Below, piece after piece: positions 56,253 to 64,000 of a stretch of 64,000 bases of DNA (the first letter of the stretch is position 1; each line of letters starts with the position of its first letter). Under the pieces are notes generated by a model. That model searched no databases. It worked only from the letters and a program-made list of their open reading frames with translations, and was not told where the DNA came from. The stretch is from an uncultured Gammaproteobacteria bacterium. Its GTDB lineage: Bacteria > Patescibacteriota > Patescibacteriia > UBA9934 > GWF2-40-263. A program made the position numbers and the translations under genes. The DNA lies in assembly GCA_964538435.1 (NCBI GenBank), contig CAZIDX010000001.1, forward strand, positions 64,393 to 128,392, given 5' to 3'.

Positions 56253-58901
56253 CTATTTCTTTCCCTTCTTCTCTGTAAACGTAATCTCATCCTTTCTGGC
56301 ACCTATCGCAATCGTTGACCCCTCATGCACCTCACCTCTCACAATCTTCATTGCCAGAGGGTCCAGGATCAAAGTTTGGATCACACGCATGAGCGGTCTT
56401 GCTCCAAAGTTTGGATCAAACCCCTGGTCTGCGAGGATCTGCTTTGCAGCTGGGCTTACGGTCAGCTCAATGTCGCGTTCTTCTTTTAATCGATCAGACA
56501 CCTTTTCAATCTGCAGTTCAACAATGTTTGCGATGTGCTCTCGTGAGAGCGCGTGGAATACCACGACGTCATCGACGCGATTGAGGAACTCAGGTCTGAA
56601 GTGATCCTTGAGCATGTTGCGGACCTGTGCTTCTGTATCCTCGTGTTCATTCATATCAGAGTCTGCAAACCCCATTGAGCTCATCGTTGTGTCAGCACTG
56701 AGAATCATGTCAGAACCAATGTTGCTGGTCATGATGATCACAGTGTTCTTGAAATTCACCTTGCGTCCCTTTGCATCAGTAAGATGCCCTTCATCCAAAA
56801 TCTGCAGGAGCACGTTAAACGTATCAGGATGCGCTTTCTCAATCTCGTCAAACAAGAGTACTGAGTACGGCTTGCGTCGAACAATCTCTGTGAGCTGACC
56901 ACCTTCGTCGTACCCAATGTATCCAGGAGGGGATCCGATCATCTTTGAAACGGCATGCTTTTCCATGTACTCAGACATATCGAGTCGCACCATGGCGGCC
57001 TCGTCGTCAAACATGAACTCAGCAAGTGCGCGAGCAAGCTCGGTCTTTCCTACTCCAGTCGGTCCAAGGAACATAAATGAGCCAATCGGTCGGTTCTTCT
57101 CACCAATACCGGCACGAGAGCGCCTCAGAGCGTTTGAGATCGATACAATAGCCTCTTCCTGCCCAACAACCCTCTTTGCAAGATTGTCTTCCATACAGGC
57201 GAGTTTATCCATCTCAGACTCAAGCATCTTTTTCACTGGAATATGTGTCCATCTTGAAATGATGTTTGCAACGTCTTCCTCTTCAATAACTTCTTTCAAA
57301 AGCCCTCGCTCTTTCTGAAGCTCAACAAGCTCTTCCTGCGCTGCGTAAACAGCCTGCTCCTTTTCGGGAATCATTGAGTAGCGAATCTCAGCAACCTTTT
57401 CAAGATCACCGCGCCGCTCTTCAATCTCTGCCTCAGCACGCAGCTTCTCAATCTCAGAGTTAAGTTCCTGGATCTTAGAAATCTTTTCCTTTTCATTCTG
57501 CCAACGCCCCTCAAGAGCAGAAGTCTTTTCACGAAGATCAGCGATCTGCAATTCAATCTCCTTAAGACGCCCCTTTGAGTGCTTATCATCCTCTTTTTCA
57601 AGAGCCTTTTGCTCAATTTCAAATCGCATCAGATCGCGTTTGAGAAGATCTAGCTCCTCAGGCATTGAGTCAATCTGCATGCGAAGCGCTGCTCCAGCCT
57701 CGTCCACAAGGTCAACAGCCTTGTCTGGCAAGTTCCGATCTGTGATGTATCGATGTGAAAGCTCAGCCGCAGAAACAATCGCAGGGTCGGAAATCCGCAC
57801 ACCATGGTGCACCTCATACTTTTCCTTGATCCCGCGAAGAATCGCGATTGTGTCAGCTACGCTCGGCTCCTCTACAACAACAGGTTGGAACCGACGTTCA
57901 AGAGCAGGATCCTTTTCAATATACTTTTGATATTCTTTCAAAGTCGTAGCACCAATCGCACGCAGCTTCCCACGAGCAAGCGCAGGCTTGAGCATGTTTG
58001 ATGCATCGAGTGAGCCACCTTCGGTTGTTCCAGTTCCAACGAGCGTGTGTAGCTCATCAATGAACATAATCATCTGTCCGTTTGAGTCCTCAATTTCCTT
58101 GATCACTGCCTTCAAACGATCCTCAAACTCACCGCGGTACTTTGTGCCAGCAACCATCGAACCGATATCAAGTGAGATCACAGCCTTGTCAACAAGAGAC
58201 TCAGGAACATCACCAGCAGCAATACGCTGCGCCAGTCCTTCCACAACAGCCGTCTTACCAACACCAGCCTCACCAATGAGAACCGGGTTGTTCTTTGTGC
58301 GCCGAGAGATGACTTGCATCACACGACGAATCTCAGCATCACGACCAATGATCGGATCAAGCTCGCCGTTGCGTGCAGCCTCAGTCAAATCAAAACCATA
58401 CTTCTCAAGCGCTTGGTATCGCGACTCAGGCTCAGGGGAATCAACTTTTTGATTTCCTCTAATCTCTTTAAGCGAATTCATTACCGTCTCCTCAGTCACT
58501 TCGTAACCAAGAAGCAATCGATTGATGGCTTTGTTTGTGAGAAGCCCTAAAAGCAAATGCTCGGTTGAGATGAACTCATCACCAAAAAGTTTTGTCTTTT
58601 TGTGAGCGTTTGAAAGCACAGTTGCCATCTGCTGACTTAAAAACATCTGAGCCACTCCACCAACAGATTTCGCCTTTCCAGTAGAGGGAAGGGAATCAAG
58701 AATGGAATCGACTTCGCCTCGAAGCTCGCTTCGCTTTGGGGTGATCTTGTCAATCACAGCACCAACAACACCGTCGTCTTGTGCAAGCAAAGAAGCTAAA
58801 AGATGAATAGGCTCAAGGGCCTGCTGACCATGCTCCTGAGCAATACTATGTGCACTTTGAAGCGCTTCTTGGGATTTATGTGTAAAGTTATTTGGCATCA
58901 T
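56253..58901 (-). CDS. clpB: ATP-dependent chaperone ClpB
   Basis: Two AAA+ modules, a coiled-coil middle domain and an N-domain. I prefer ATG at 58901 ([15 protein letters not shown]) over the ORF-track GTG at 58922. Confidence 0.9.
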   Translation of the reverse strand: MMPNNFTHKSQEALQSAHSIAQEHGQQALEPIHLLASLLAQDDGVVGAVIDKITPKRSELRGEVDSILDSLPSTGKAKSVGGVAQMFLSQQMATVLSNAHKKTKLFGDEFISTEHLLLGLLTNKAINRLLLGYEVTEETVMNSLKEIRGNQKVDSPEPESRYQALEKYGFDLTEAARNGELDPIIGRDAEIRRVMQVISRRTKNNPVLIGEAGVGKTAVVEGLAQRIAAGDVPESLVDKAVISLDIGSMVAGTKYRGEFEDRLKAVIKEIEDSNGQMIMFIDELHTLVGTGTTEGGSLDASNMLKPALARGKLRAIGATTLKEYQKYIEKDPALERRFQPVVVEEPSVADTIAILRGIKEKYEVHHGVRISDPAIVSAAELSHRYITDRNLPDKAVDLVDEAGAALRMQIDSMPEELDLLKRDLMRFEIEQKALEKEDDKHSKGRLKEIELQIADLREKTSALEGRWQNEKEKISKIQELNSEIEKLRAEAEIEERRGDLEKVAEIRYSMIPEKEQAVYAAQEELVELQKERGLLKEVIEEEDVANIISRWTHIPVKKMLESEMDKLACMEDNLAKRVVGQEEAIVSISNALRRSRAGIGEKNRPIGSFMFLGPTGVGKTELARALAEFMFDDEAAMVRLDMSEYMEKHAVSKMIGSPPGYIGYDEGGQLTEIVRRKPYSVLLFDEIEKAHPDTFNVLLQILDEGHLTDAKGRKVNFKNTVIIMTSNIGSDMILSADTTMSSMGFADSDMNEHEDTEAQVRNMLKDHFRPEFLNRVDDVVVFHALSREHIANIVELQIEKVSDRLKEERDIELTVSPAAKQILADQGFDPNFGARPLMRVIQTLILDPLAMKIVRGEVHEGSTIAIGARKDEITFTEKKGKK

Positions 58902-58915
58902 AAGAAAAGTGATAA

Positions 58916-58942
58916 TTAGCACTCTCTAGTATAGAGTGCTAA
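58916..58942. promoter_or_regulatory. CIRCE operator (HrcA binding site) in the clpB promoter
   Basis: TTAGCACTC-tctagtata-GAGTGCTAA is a perfect 9-9-9 CIRCE consensus. Confidence 0.7.
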
Positions 58943-58956
58943 AGCGGCTTTGTCAA
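58928..58956 (-). promoter_or_regulatory. sigma70-type promoter for clpB (minus strand)
   Basis: On the minus strand, TTGACA-17-TATACT. The -10 lies inside the CIRCE spacer. Confidence 0.5.
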
Positions 58957-58998
58957 CATTAACCCTGTGGTTTTTCCACAAAATTTGGTAAAATCTGC

Positions 58999-59832
58999 AT
59001 GATCAATGCGATCAAATTTATGCATCACAGAGTTCTTGGAGTAAATATCGATGATTTCTCAGAAACTCAGGTTTTGGATAGAATCAGATCCTGGCTCTCA
59101 GGAGGGGAATCAAGAATCATTGTCACCCCAAATGCTGAATTTGTACTCCAGTCCAGAAAAGACCCACTGTTTCTCAAACGCCTTCAAGAAGCCGACATGG
59201 CCGTTGCTGACAGCGTATCTATCAGATATGCCGTCTCTGCGCTTTCAGACAGACGACTGTCTCACAGATTAACCGGTGTTGATCTTGTCCAAAAAATCGC
59301 AAAGGTCTGCGAGAGTACATCTCATAAAATGCTGCTCCTTGGCGGCGCTCCACAATCCGCTGATAAAGCTGCACTCAAAATAAAGAAACGCCATCCTGAG
59401 CTAAAGATCATCACCTCAAACCCTGGACACATCGATTACGATGGAAAGCAACTGATCATACCAATCGTTGTTCAGGAATTAATTGAGGCAGAACTTCCTG
59501 ACGTGATCGCAGTTGCATTGGGGCAGGGGAAACAAGAAGCCTTCATGGACGCGGTAAAGCGAGGTGGATACGGAGTGAAAGTCATGATTGGAATCGGCGG
59601 TGCATTGGATATGATCTCAGAGCAGAAGCGACGTGCACCAAAATGGATGCGCAGACTAGGCCTGGAGTGGATCTGGCGCGTATTACTCGAACCCAAACGC
59701 ATCAAAAGAATCATCAACGCATCTTTGGTGTTCCCATGCATCATCTGCATTGAAACCATCAAGCAAAGGAGGTTTTTAAAGGCGTGCATGAACGTCTTCC
59801 CAGAAGTTATTAGACAATTACGAGGACTATGA
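58999..59832 (+). CDS. WecB/TagA/CpsF-family glycosyltransferase (GT26)
   Basis: 277 aa with the family core (VTPNAEF...LLGG...). Confidence 0.7.
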   Translation: MINAIKFMHHRVLGVNIDDFSETQVLDRIRSWLSGGESRIIVTPNAEFVLQSRKDPLFLKRLQEADMAVADSVSIRYAVSALSDRRLSHRLTGVDLVQKIAKVCESTSHKMLLLGGAPQSADKAALKIKKRHPELKIITSNPGHIDYDGKQLIIPIVVQELIEAELPDVIAVALGQGKQEAFMDAVKRGGYGVKVMIGIGGALDMISEQKRRAPKWMRRLGLEWIWRVLLEPKRIKRIINASLVFPCIICIETIKQRRFLKACMNVFPEVIRQLRGL

Positions 59833-61280
59833 ATGTAAAAACAAGAATGGCACCATCTCCAACTGGTTACCTCCACGTTGGATCTCTGCGAACAGCTTTA
59901 TACAGTTATCTTTTCGCAAAAAAACACAAGGGGACTTTTCTCCTTCGCATCGAAGACACAGACCGCACCAGATTTGTTGAAGGCGCAATGGAAGGCTTGC
60001 TGACTATCTTTAACGCGGTTGGACTTCCATATGACGAAGGTCCTGCACTAGAAGACGGCAAGGTGATTGATAAAGGCGAAAACGGTCCCTACATCCAATC
60101 GCAAAGAACTGACATTTATCGAGAGCATGCACAAAAACTTCTCGACTCAAAACATGCCTATCATTGCTTTTGCACAAAAGAACGGCTCGATGAAGTTAGG
60201 CAACGCCAACAAGCTGCAAAGCTTCCTACAAAATACGACCGCACTTGTTTAAAGCTGTCTGATGAGGAGGTGAAACAAAAACTGGATGCAGGAGAAGAGC
60301 ATGTTCTTCGACTAAAAATCCCTGAAGGAGAAACCGTTTTCGAAGATGCAATTCGAGGAACAATAAAAATCCCAAGCACCGAAATCGACGATCAGGTACT
60401 CATGAAATCTGATGGGTTCCCAACGTATCACCTAGCAGTGGTTGTTGATGACCACCTCATGAAGGTCACACACATCATACGAGGAGAAGAGTGGATCTCC
60501 TCCGTCCCAAAACACATCCTTCTCTACGAAGCTTTTGATTTTCCAAGACCTGTATATGCACATCTGCCGCTTATCCTAAATCCAGACAAATCCAAACTCT
60601 CAAAACGACAAGGCGATGTGGCTGTTGAGGACTACCTGAAAAAGGGTTACCTGCCTGAAGCTCTCATCAATTTTGTTGCCCTCCTCGGATTCAACCCGTC
60701 TGGAGATCAGGAAATCTATACAGTTGATGAGCTTATCAGTGGCTTTGATCTAAGCAAGATCAACAAGAGCGGAGCTGTCTTTGATGTGACCAAACTCGAC
60801 TGGATGAACGGTCAATACATCAAGGTCGCAGACAATTCAAGGCTTGCAAAGATGCTTGAAGGGAAGGGGATTGAAATCGAGAACGAAAAACTTCTTAAAA
60901 TTATCGAGGTTGAAAAACAGCGGTTGAACGTTGTGTTTGATCTTGTTGAAAAGGTTGCAATGTATCAAAATGACCCTACCTACGAAGAGGGGATTCTCGT
61001 CTGGAAAAAGAGTGATGCTGAAGATGCACTCGCCCAGTTAACCGCCCTCAAAGAACTCCTCACAAAAGCACCAGATCAAACCTTTGAAACAATTGAATTG
61101 ATCGAAGGTGCTGTAAAGGAGTATATTAGTAGCAGCGACCTGCAAAACGGAAACGTACTTTGGCCACTCCGCGTTGCACTTTCTGGATCAAAGAAATCTC
61201 CAAGTCCATTTGAGCTGCTTTGGATTTTCGGAAAAGAAGAAGCTCTAAAACGCATTCAGTCAGCAATAAACACATTATAA
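59829..61280 (+). CDS. gltX: glutamate--tRNA ligase
   Basis: RMAPSPTGYLHVGSLRTALYSYLFAKKHKGTFLLRIEDTD (HIGH region) and KLSKR. Confidence 0.9.
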   Translation: MNVKTRMAPSPTGYLHVGSLRTALYSYLFAKKHKGTFLLRIEDTDRTRFVEGAMEGLLTIFNAVGLPYDEGPALEDGKVIDKGENGPYIQSQRTDIYREHAQKLLDSKHAYHCFCTKERLDEVRQRQQAAKLPTKYDRTCLKLSDEEVKQKLDAGEEHVLRLKIPEGETVFEDAIRGTIKIPSTEIDDQVLMKSDGFPTYHLAVVVDDHLMKVTHIIRGEEWISSVPKHILLYEAFDFPRPVYAHLPLILNPDKSKLSKRQGDVAVEDYLKKGYLPEALINFVALLGFNPSGDQEIYTVDELISGFDLSKINKSGAVFDVTKLDWMNGQYIKVADNSRLAKMLEGKGIEIENEKLLKIIEVEKQRLNVVFDLVEKVAMYQNDPTYEEGILVWKKSDAEDALAQLTALKELLTKAPDQTFETIELIEGAVKEYISSSDLQNGNVLWPLRVALSGSKKSPSPFELLWIFGKEEALKRIQSAINTL

Positions 61281-62473
61281 TGTTAAAAAAGCTTGTCATC
61301 CTTTCGCTCATTATCGCTTGTTCAATGCAGCTAAGCGGTGGGTTTGTCTTTGCTGAAGATATTTCAGATGAAATCAACCAGTTAAATGACAGCATCAACT
61401 CAAAACGAGACAGCATCAATCAGCTAAATAGACAGATCAGTGTTTATCAGCAACAGATCGAGGAAAAGCAAGGCGAAGAGGTTAGTCTTGCTGTTGAGAT
61501 TGATCTTCTTGAAAACAGAGCAGCAAAAACAACACTTGACATCGAAGTAACAAACGAGGAAATCGATCTTGTGAACGCAGAGATCAGCATCATTTCGTCT
61601 GAAATCACCGAACTTCAAACACAACTGGAAAAAGAGCAGGGAATGATTGCTGACGTGCTACAAGAAATCCAAGTTCTCGATAACGACCTTCCTCTGCAAA
61701 CCCTTCTAGGAACAGACTCAATCGCAGAATTATTCGATGAAATTGAACGACTTGAAACAGTAACAAATGACCTCAGCACGGCAGTAGACAGCGCAAAAAC
61801 AGCAAGACTGGATCTTCTTGAAAGCAAACAAATTGAACAAGAAAAACGAGACAGACTCCTTGTGCTCGAAGAAGAGCTGCAAGATGAAATGAATCTTCTA
61901 GAGCAAGAAATCGCCTCAAAAGAACTTCTTGTGCAGGAAGTGCAAGAATCTGAAGCTGAGTTCCAAAACCTGTTGAATCAACTGGAAGAAGAGGAGGCTT
62001 TCATCAATCAGCAAATCACTCTTCTGCAAGCCGAGATTGAAGGAAAACTTAATGCCAATGATGAGATTGGTGACAGCTCGATTCTTTCCTGGCCGGTCAA
62101 CCCAACGATCAGAGGCATTTCAGCGTATTACCACGACCCAACATACCCTTACAGACACCTCTTTGAACACTCAGGAATCGACCTACCAGCCCCAACAGGA
62201 ACCACCATTGAATGTGCTGCACCTGGATATGTTGCATGGGCAAAAACAGGAAGGCTTTACGGAAATTACGTCATGGTCATTCACACAAACGGTGTTGCAA
62301 CTCTCTACGCCCACATGTCCAGAATGGATGTTACGTCAGGTGATTTTGTCACCAGGGGACAGTCGCTAGGAGCCATCGGAAGCACCGGCCTTAGCACAGG
62401 GCCGCATCTTCACTTTGAAGTGAGAAAAAATGGTATCCCAACAAACCCATTGAACTACTTGATGTCATACTAA
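61280..62473 (+). CDS. M23-family peptidoglycan metalloendopeptidase with an N-terminal coiled coil (EnvC/NlpD-like)
   Basis: YAHMSRMDV..G..VTRGQSLGAIGSTGLSTGPHLHFEV. ATG at 61280 overlaps the gltX stop (TAATG). Confidence 0.8.
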   Translation: MLKKLVILSLIIACSMQLSGGFVFAEDISDEINQLNDSINSKRDSINQLNRQISVYQQQIEEKQGEEVSLAVEIDLLENRAAKTTLDIEVTNEEIDLVNAEISIISSEITELQTQLEKEQGMIADVLQEIQVLDNDLPLQTLLGTDSIAELFDEIERLETVTNDLSTAVDSAKTARLDLLESKQIEQEKRDRLLVLEEELQDEMNLLEQEIASKELLVQEVQESEAEFQNLLNQLEEEEAFINQQITLLQAEIEGKLNANDEIGDSSILSWPVNPTIRGISAYYHDPTYPYRHLFEHSGIDLPAPTGTTIECAAPGYVAWAKTGRLYGNYVMVIHTNGVATLYAHMSRMDVTSGDFVTRGQSLGAIGSTGLSTGPHLHFEVRKNGIPTNPLNYLMSY

Positions 62474-62474
62474 T

Positions 62475-62708
62475 ATGTTAGAGTTTATTCTAAAATTTTT
62501 CGGCTGGGCATTCGTCGTCATCCCTTTGGTCGCATTTTTAAGCGTCTCAATTTGGATCCTGAAAGGAACAGCAGGGGACGACCCAGTAATCATGTCGCTT
62601 ATTGCCCTTGGCTTCACAATGTTTATCATAGGAGCAATTCTGCTACTCCTCGTTTACCTCACAGGATTTTTTGAACCATCGACATCAATGGCCTTACTGC
62701 TGGGGTAG
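62475..62708 (+). CDS. small two-TM membrane protein
   Basis: 77 aa, starting 2 nt after the M23 peptidase stop. Confidence 0.4.
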   Translation: MLEFILKFFGWAFVVIPLVAFLSVSIWILKGTAGDDPVIMSLIALGFTMFIIGAILLLLVYLTGFFEPSTSMALLLG

Positions 62709-62729
62709 GGAAGTACCCTTGAAAAATAT

Positions 62730-62756
62730 AAAAACAGAGCATCAACTCTGTTTTTA
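62730..62756. terminator. bidirectional terminator
   Basis: An A-run, then cagag-catcaa-ctctg, then TTTTT. Confidence 0.5.
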
Positions 62757-63246
62757 GTTTGATCAATTTATCAACTCACGCAACCTATAAAACATGCAAC
62801 TACCAATCCAATTTCTTTTTCGAGATTTTCAGACACTAAGCAGGGAAGAGGATCTGAGAACGCCTGCATTATTATTGTGTCGCACAATATATCTTATGCG
62901 ACATTATACGTTTTGCTTTAACACGTTTCATGCCATATTAATGCCTCCACACATACTATATAACGTTTGGTGGCACCTTCTTTTCCATCATCACATCATC
63001 CTACCAAATTTCTCAACCAACGTTTTGGCCCATATTTAAGACTCAAAATTGCTCTCTAACGTTTTCTCATGAGCTGGTACCCATGAGCAAACAAAATCTA
63101 TCTATCGACCTAAACGTGTGGAATCTACAGGTATCCTGATACCTCTCAAAACAGCACAGCGCAATTTTGAAATAGCAAATTCTGCTCTTTTTGACACTTC
63201 CCTCCTTCACCCACCCTATATCTTGCAAACTATTTTACGACACAAT

Positions 63247-63984
63247 CTATTTATAATACACATGCTCTCCAAATCGTAAATCAATATACTCAAGCTCGTC
63301 CACCTCCTTTTCAAGAGATGAGATCAACGACTGCAGTCTAACTGATTGGTCCTCAACACTTGCTGTAGGATCAAACAGAATTGAGTAACCCTGTCTGGTT
63401 TCAACACTCACCCACTTCCCTGCCAGACGATCAAAAATGGTATGAGTGAAATCAATATTCAGTAGCTCAAGGTGTTCATGGAACAAGAATACCCCTTTCA
63501 CCTCTGTATCCGTTAAGACAAAATCTCCGATTTGAGCGTCGATTTCATTTTTGTCTGTAAAAATAGGCAAGTCCCCTATCAGGCTTCCATCACTATCACT
63601 GGATTGAACAATTTCCGCCTCACTTGCTGACAGTTGCCTTACAAGAACCCCCTCAAGGTCAGCCACAAAATACGCCTCCCCTATCACCCAAAGAAGATTT
63701 GCAGTACGCTCTGTGATCGCTAAATGTAAATCGTTTCCAGATGATGAAACAGACACGTCAGCAAAAGTAAACCTCGTTGAAATAGCATTTGAAAGCTCAT
63801 CTGTCTTAAACAAGAACATGTTTGACTTACTCCAAAACAACAAAGCTGAGTCATCAAGATAGTCAGCAATGATTGGCTCAAGTTCTACGGGGTCAATATG
63901 CTCAAGTCCAGAAATCGTAATGTTATTAATGACGAACCGCTGACTACCCAACAAAAAAAGAATCCCAGCAACAAGAAAAGCCAA
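63247..63984 (-). CDS. ftsQ: cell division protein FtsQ/DivIB-like; the 5' end probably lies beyond the window
   Basis: A TM segment (FLVAGILFLLG) followed by a POTRA-like region. The ORF reaches the window edge. Confidence 0.6.
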   Translation of the reverse strand: MAFLVAGILFLLGSQRFVINNITISGLEHIDPVELEPIIADYLDDSALLFWSKSNMFLFKTDELSNAISTRFTFADVSVSSSGNDLHLAITERTANLLWVIGEAYFVADLEGVLVRQLSASEAEIVQSSDSDGSLIGDLPIFTDKNEIDAQIGDFVLTDTEVKGVFLFHEHLELLNIDFTHTIFDRLAGKWVSVETRQGYSILFDPTASVEDQSVRLQSLISSLEKEVDELEYIDLRFGEHVYYK

Positions 63985-64000
63985 ACAACCAACTGCTGCT

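Noticed and set aside
62794-63039. 81 aa ORF in the AT-rich gap.
   Set aside because: No start context, no recognisable motif, and AT-rich composition typical of non-coding DNA.
63205-63225. ccctccttcaccc, which resembles the anti-Shine-Dalgarno 3' end of 16S rRNA.
   Set aside because: There is no GATCACCTCCTT context and no flanking rRNA-like sequence. The reverse-strand SD-like gaaggaggg has no start codon at a suitable spacing.
1-64000. tRNA genes, rRNA fragments and CRISPR arrays.
   Set aside because: No T-loop/acceptor-like sequences (GGTTCGAATCC-type) were found, and there are no regularly spaced direct repeats in the intergenic regions.

Overview
This 64 kb window reads as a small-genome bacterium with roughly 45% GC. 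I infer a Patescibacteria/CPR-like lineage from three features: AlaRS lacks the C-Ala domain, PriA is short, and the RNA polymerase alpha subunit has no C-terminal domain.

Most of the window is densely packed housekeeping genes:
- murC and murB, hpf, secA
- secD and secF, uppP, mnmA
- era, rlmD, a SpoU-family methyltransferase, corA, murJ, alaS
- the infA-rpmJ-rpsM-rpsK-rpsD-rpoA-rplQ block, followed by rplM and rpsI
- a surface-polysaccharide locus (wzx-like flippase, one GT4, two GT2, wzy-like protein)
- a minus-strand operon fmt-def-priA
- clpB behind a perfect CIRCE operator
- gltX, an M23 peptidase, and a 5'-partial ftsQ at the window end

Seven genes of unknown or unusual function sit in sharply GC-rich islands of about 58-62% GC. 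One pair is a tandem set of paralogs bounded by a perfect 29 bp inverted repeat.

The most unusual candidates are:
- a 1406 aa protein whose C-terminus carries a Pol-beta-type nucleotidyltransferase motif, with a 56-codon ORF overlapping its start
- a SecD with a PrsA-like parvulin domain inserted in its periplasmic head
- a soluble TraD/VirD4-type ATPase with a zinc ribbon and a very basic repetitive tail, paired with an upstream membrane protein
- a self-contained four-helix-bundle protein cassette marked by a duplicated 29 bp palindromic motif
- a roughly 125 nt imperfect hairpin element upstream of an HD-domain dGTPase-like gene

Coordinates of non-coding features were counted by hand and may be off by 1-2 nt. 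I found no tRNA, rRNA or CRISPR array.
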